From Mobula hypostoma (taxonomy: Eukaryota): a DNA stretch of 64,000 nucleotides. Position 1 is the first letter of the stretch, and each line of letters opens with the position of its first letter. The translations under genes were made by a program, and so were the position numbers. Under the pieces are notes generated by a model that was not told the DNA's origin, searched no databases, and saw nothing but the letters and a program-made list of their open reading frames with translations. The stretch spans positions 211,670,001 through 211,734,000 of the forward strand of contig NC_086097.1 in assembly GCF_963921235.1 (NCBI RefSeq), in the 5' to 3' direction. Below are positions 60,130 through 64,000 of the stretch, piece by piece.

Positions 60130-61055
60130 GGAGCCACCCCATATGGCCTCCGTATCCTGTACATCATTATTTGTAACTTCAGACATCTCCAATGTGACCC
60201 TACTACTAAACACAACTTTAATTCCCTCACTCTCTGCTTTCTATAGAGATGGCTCTCTATGTGACTCCCTTGTCCCTCCCCACTGATCTCCCACCTGGTA
60301 CTTATCCCTGTAAGCGTGACAAATGCTACACCTGCCTCTACACCTGCTCCCTCATCACCATTCAGGGCCTTAAACAGTCCTTCCAGGTGAAGCAACATTA
60401 TACCTCCAAGTCTGTTAGAGTCATATTGTTGGAGTCATTCCTGGTGTGGCCTCCTCTCCATCGATGCAGATTACAAGACCATTTTTTACTGCCTGGTGGC
60501 TACACACTTCAAGTCAAGTTTTCATTCCCATTCTGACATATGTGTCCATTCTTCTCTACTACTATAATGAGGCCAAACTCAGGTTAAAGGAACCTCATAT
60601 TCCATCAGGGTAGCCTCCAGCCTGACAGCATGAACATCAATCTCTCAAACTTCTGATAATTTCTCATACCTCCCTCTCTCTTTCCATTCCCCATTCTCTC
60701 CCCATCCCTTCTGTTCACCTGCTCATCACCTTCCTCTGGTTCCCCCACCTCCTTCCCTTTCTTCCATAGTCCATTATCCTCTCCTATTAGATTTCTTCTT
60801 CAGCCCTTCACCTCTTCCACCTATCCACTCCCAGCTTCTTATTTTGCCCTCACCTCCACCCACCCTCCTTCCCCCTCACCTCATCTCAACTATCATCTCC
60901 CAGCCTGTACTTCCCTTCCACCCACCTTCTTATTCTGGATTCTGCCCTCTTCCTTTCTAGTCTAGCCCAAATTGCTGCCTGACATCCCGAGTTCTCCCAG
61001 CATTTTGCATGTGTTACTCAAGATTTCCAACATTTGCAGAACCTCTTGTGTTTAT
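60130..61055 (+). mobile_element. Penelope-like element remnant, Neptune-type (Cys motif + GIY-YIG end and 3' region)
   Basis: PGTYPCKRDKCYTC..IQGLKQSFQVKQHYTSKS is the Cys-containing linker preceding GIY-YIG. It is followed by the pyrimidine-rich region shared with the short repeats. Confidence 0.82.
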
Positions 61056-61439
61056 GGTTAAGTTATGAAACTACCTGCCTTTCCAAATGCAGGTTGATCC
61101 TGTATCTCAGAATCCTTCCCAGTAATTTTCCTATCACCTGTGTTAGGCTCACTAGCCTGTACTTTCCTGCCATGTAATTTAGCAAATGTCTTGAGCTTCC
61201 AAGTAGTTACTAAGAGAATGATATGGATAGCATTTCTCAGAAATTTCAAATCAGTAAACACACAATCATATCTTGCATCAAACACTTGTAAGAGCCAAGG
61301 AGAGCATTTGTATCTCCCCTCGAACAGTAAAGTAGAAGGTGACAGTAGAAAAGGCAAGGACACTATACTTTATAGGGAAAGTTATGTCTTTACCTGTCTA
61401 CATGCTCATTATAGAGAGAGAACAGAAATCATACCTTTC

Positions 61440-62815
61440 CAAACAATACAATACAAACACCTATGTCAGGATGCTGTTCATCGACTATAGCTCAGCACTT
61501 AACACCATCATTCCCACAATACTGATTGATAAGTTACAGAACCTGGGCCTCTGTACCTCCCTCTGCAATTAAATCCTCGACTTCCTAACTGGAAGACCAC
61601 AATCAGTGCAGATTGATGATAATATCTCCTCCTTGCTGATGATCAACACTGGTGCACCTCAGGGGTGTGTGCTTAGCCCACTGCTCTACTCTCTCTATAC
61701 CCATGACTGTATGGCTAGGCATAGCTCAAATACCATCTATACATTTGCTGTTGATACAACCATTGTTGGTAGAATTTCAGATGGCGACGAGAGAGTGTGC
61801 AGGAGTGAGATATACCAACTAGTGGAGTAGTGTCGCAGCAGCAACCTTGCACTCAAGGTCAGTAAGATGAAGGAGCTGATGTGGACTTCAGTAAGGGTAA
61901 GATGAAGGAACAAATACCAATCCTCATGGGGGGGGGGTATTTGATCCTCCACAATATTCCGCGTGGGAATTTAAACTGGAGGTAGCAGTGTTTTTTTTTT
62001 AGGAGGTCGAGTTGCGAGCTCGACATCAACCCTGCACGGATGGAGAGCGCGCTCAGGAGCGGTCTGTCACTGGATCGAACTCAGGAACCTCCGTTCTCGA
62101 GCCTGGTGCTGATCTCACTGCGCCACCAGCCAACCGATCAGGGATCAGAAGTGGAGAGATTGAGCAGCTTCAGGTTCCTGGGTGTCAAGATCTCTGAGGA
62201 CCTAACCTGGTCCCAATATGTTGATGCAGCTATAAAGAAGACAAGACAGTGACTATACTTCATTAGGAGTTTGAAAAGATTTGGTATGTCAAAGATACTT
62301 AAAAACATCTACAGATGTACTGTGGAGAACATTCTGACAGGCTGCATCACTGTCAGGTATGGAGGGGCTACTGCTCAGGACCGAAAGAAGCTGCAGAGGG
62401 TTGTAAATTTAGTCAGCTCCATCTTGGGTACTAGCCTACAAAGTACCCAGGACATCTTCAGGGAGCAGTGTCTCAGAAAGGCAGCGTCCATTATTAAAGA
62501 CCTCTAGCTCCCAGGACATGCCCTTTTCTCACTGTTACCATCAGGTAGGAGGTACAGAAGCCTGAAGGCACACACTCAGTGATTCAGGAACATCTTCTTC
62601 CCCTCTGCCATCTGATTCCTAAATGGACATTGAACTTGTAAATACTACCTCACTTTTTCAAAATATATTATTTCTGTTTTAGTATGATTTTTAATCTCCA
62701 ATATACATATGCTGTAATTTATTTATTTATTTTTCTATATTATGCATTGCATTGAACCGCTGCTAAGTTAACAAATTTCATGACACATGCCGGTGATAAT
62801 AAACCTGATTCTGAT
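61440..62815 (+). mobile_element. Rex1/Babar-like LINE 3' half, decayed
   Basis: [26 protein letters not shown] and KISEDLTWS motifs; AATAAA and (CTGATT)n tail. Confidence 0.92.
61928..62135 (-). mobile_element. tRNA-derived SINE nested in the Rex1 fragment
   Basis: Minus-strand Pol III A box TGGCGCAGTGAG (62114-62125) and B box GAGTTCGATCC (62072-62082). CpG-rich, and it interrupts the host at CTCAT|AGGGATCAG. Confidence 0.8.
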
Positions 62816-63403
62816 TTGATATAAACAATCAAGCACAGCATGATTTTCTCCTGAATCCCGTGAGTCCTGACATAGAAGCTGCTAAAGCTACCCCAATGAG
62901 GAGATAGCTTCAGGAATAAGCCGTGCATTAGCAGTTCAGTCTTGAAAGTGGTTCACCACCCAAAAACCTTGAAAAACTGCAACTGATAAAAAAAATTATT
63001 GATTTATGTTTTCCATATGAATGAGTTTATAATCATGGAGTCCATCTTGAAAATATCAAAAAAATACCCTCCTATTGTACATTGTATGAATAAAATATAA
63101 ATGCTTAGAAATGAAACATTAAAGCAGTAGAAAGTGCAAGGTTTGAGAGGGGGACATATTCATTCAAACTGTGCTGCCACTGCTTTGTATTCCACCAACT
63201 GCCGGAGGGTCACAGCCATTAAAGACACACTCTGCAAGGTATCTGAACACCAGCAGCACACACCTTGGACTCCACTTCAATGAAGTATTATTCTTCCATG
63301 CTGACAGTCACTCACATGCATACAGATACATATTTCAACACCCACTGCCCGCTCTTCTACACCAACCCCATCCTCACCTCACTAGATATTCAACCCTCAA
63401 GTC

Positions 63404-63890
63404 AAGGTTCACCAGATTGATTCCTGGGATGGCAGGACTTTCATATGAAGAAAGACTGGATGAACTGGGCTTGTACTCGTTGGAATTTAGAAGATTGAGG
63501 GGGGATCTGATTGAAACGTATAAGATCCTAAAGGGATTGGACAGGCTAGATGCAGGAAGATTATTCCCGATGTTGGGGAAGTCCAGAACGAGGGGTCACA
63601 GTTTGAGGATAGAGGGGAAGCCTTTTAGGACGGAGATTAGGAAAAACTTCTTCACACAGAGAGTGGTGAATCTGTGGAATTCTCTGCCACAGGAAACAGT
63701 TGAGGCCAGTTCATTGGCTATATTTAAGAGGGAGTTAGATATGGCCCTTGTGGCTACGGGGATCAGGGGGTATGGAGGGAAGGCTGGGGCGGGGTTCTGA
63801 GTTGGATGATCAGCCATGATCATAATAAATGGCGGTGCAGGCTCGAAGGGCCAGATGGCCTACTCCTGCACCTATTTTCTATGTTTCTAT
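63404..63890 (+). mobile_element. CR1 3' fragment, near-identical to 8609-9101
   Basis: About 11 substitutions over about 490 bp by manual comparison; same 3' UTR and tail. Confidence 0.95.
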
Positions 63891-64000
63891 CTCCAATTGG
63901 GCAAAGAACAGAAAAAAGTGATAAGGGGGACATTCATGCAGAGGCAGTGAATATCCCCAGTAGAGGCTATCCTCCAACCAGTGAATAGAGAGGCCACTGA

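Noticed and set aside
62072..62135. Possible tRNA gene
   Set aside because: A and B boxes are present, but I could not form a complete cloverleaf and the sequence continues as a SINE body inserted in a LINE.
63171..63800. 209-aa ORF resembling a host-LINE fusion protein
   Set aside because: It starts at GTG, and low-information upstream sequence simply runs in frame into a CR1 3' fragment.

Overview
Eukaryotic, repeat-dominated window that is probably intronic or intergenic. The mix of CR1, Rex1/Babar and Penelope families resembles cartilaginous-fish (ray) genomes; that assignment is an inference from family composition. No host protein-coding gene is recognisable, and every interpretable ORF is transposon-derived. 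The window holds: many CR1 LINE fragments, including one near-intact 5'-truncated copy (6297-9101) and one with ORF1 esterase remnants (41300-44550); Rex1/Babar LINE fragments; a decayed Buster/Charlie hAT (2060-5654); a Mag-like Gypsy bounded by both LTRs with a 5-bp TSD (19693-31417); a CsRn1-like Gypsy with a 4-bp TSD (52141-55384); two solo LTRs; Neptune- and Poseidon-type Penelope remnants; a tRNA-derived SINE; RTE derivatives; and MITEs. Most notable: (1) a TIR-bounded hAT element (25097-30572) whose transposase frame starts with a pogo/Tigger CENP-B-type DNA-binding region fused in frame to a KIAA1586/ZNF862-like hAT body, with a non-8-bp target duplication; (2) a dispersed Penelope-derived short element carrying a minimal type-I hammerhead ribozyme motif; (3) an exact 182-bp local duplication inserted into an old LINE fragment. 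All family names come from motif recognition by eye, not database searches.
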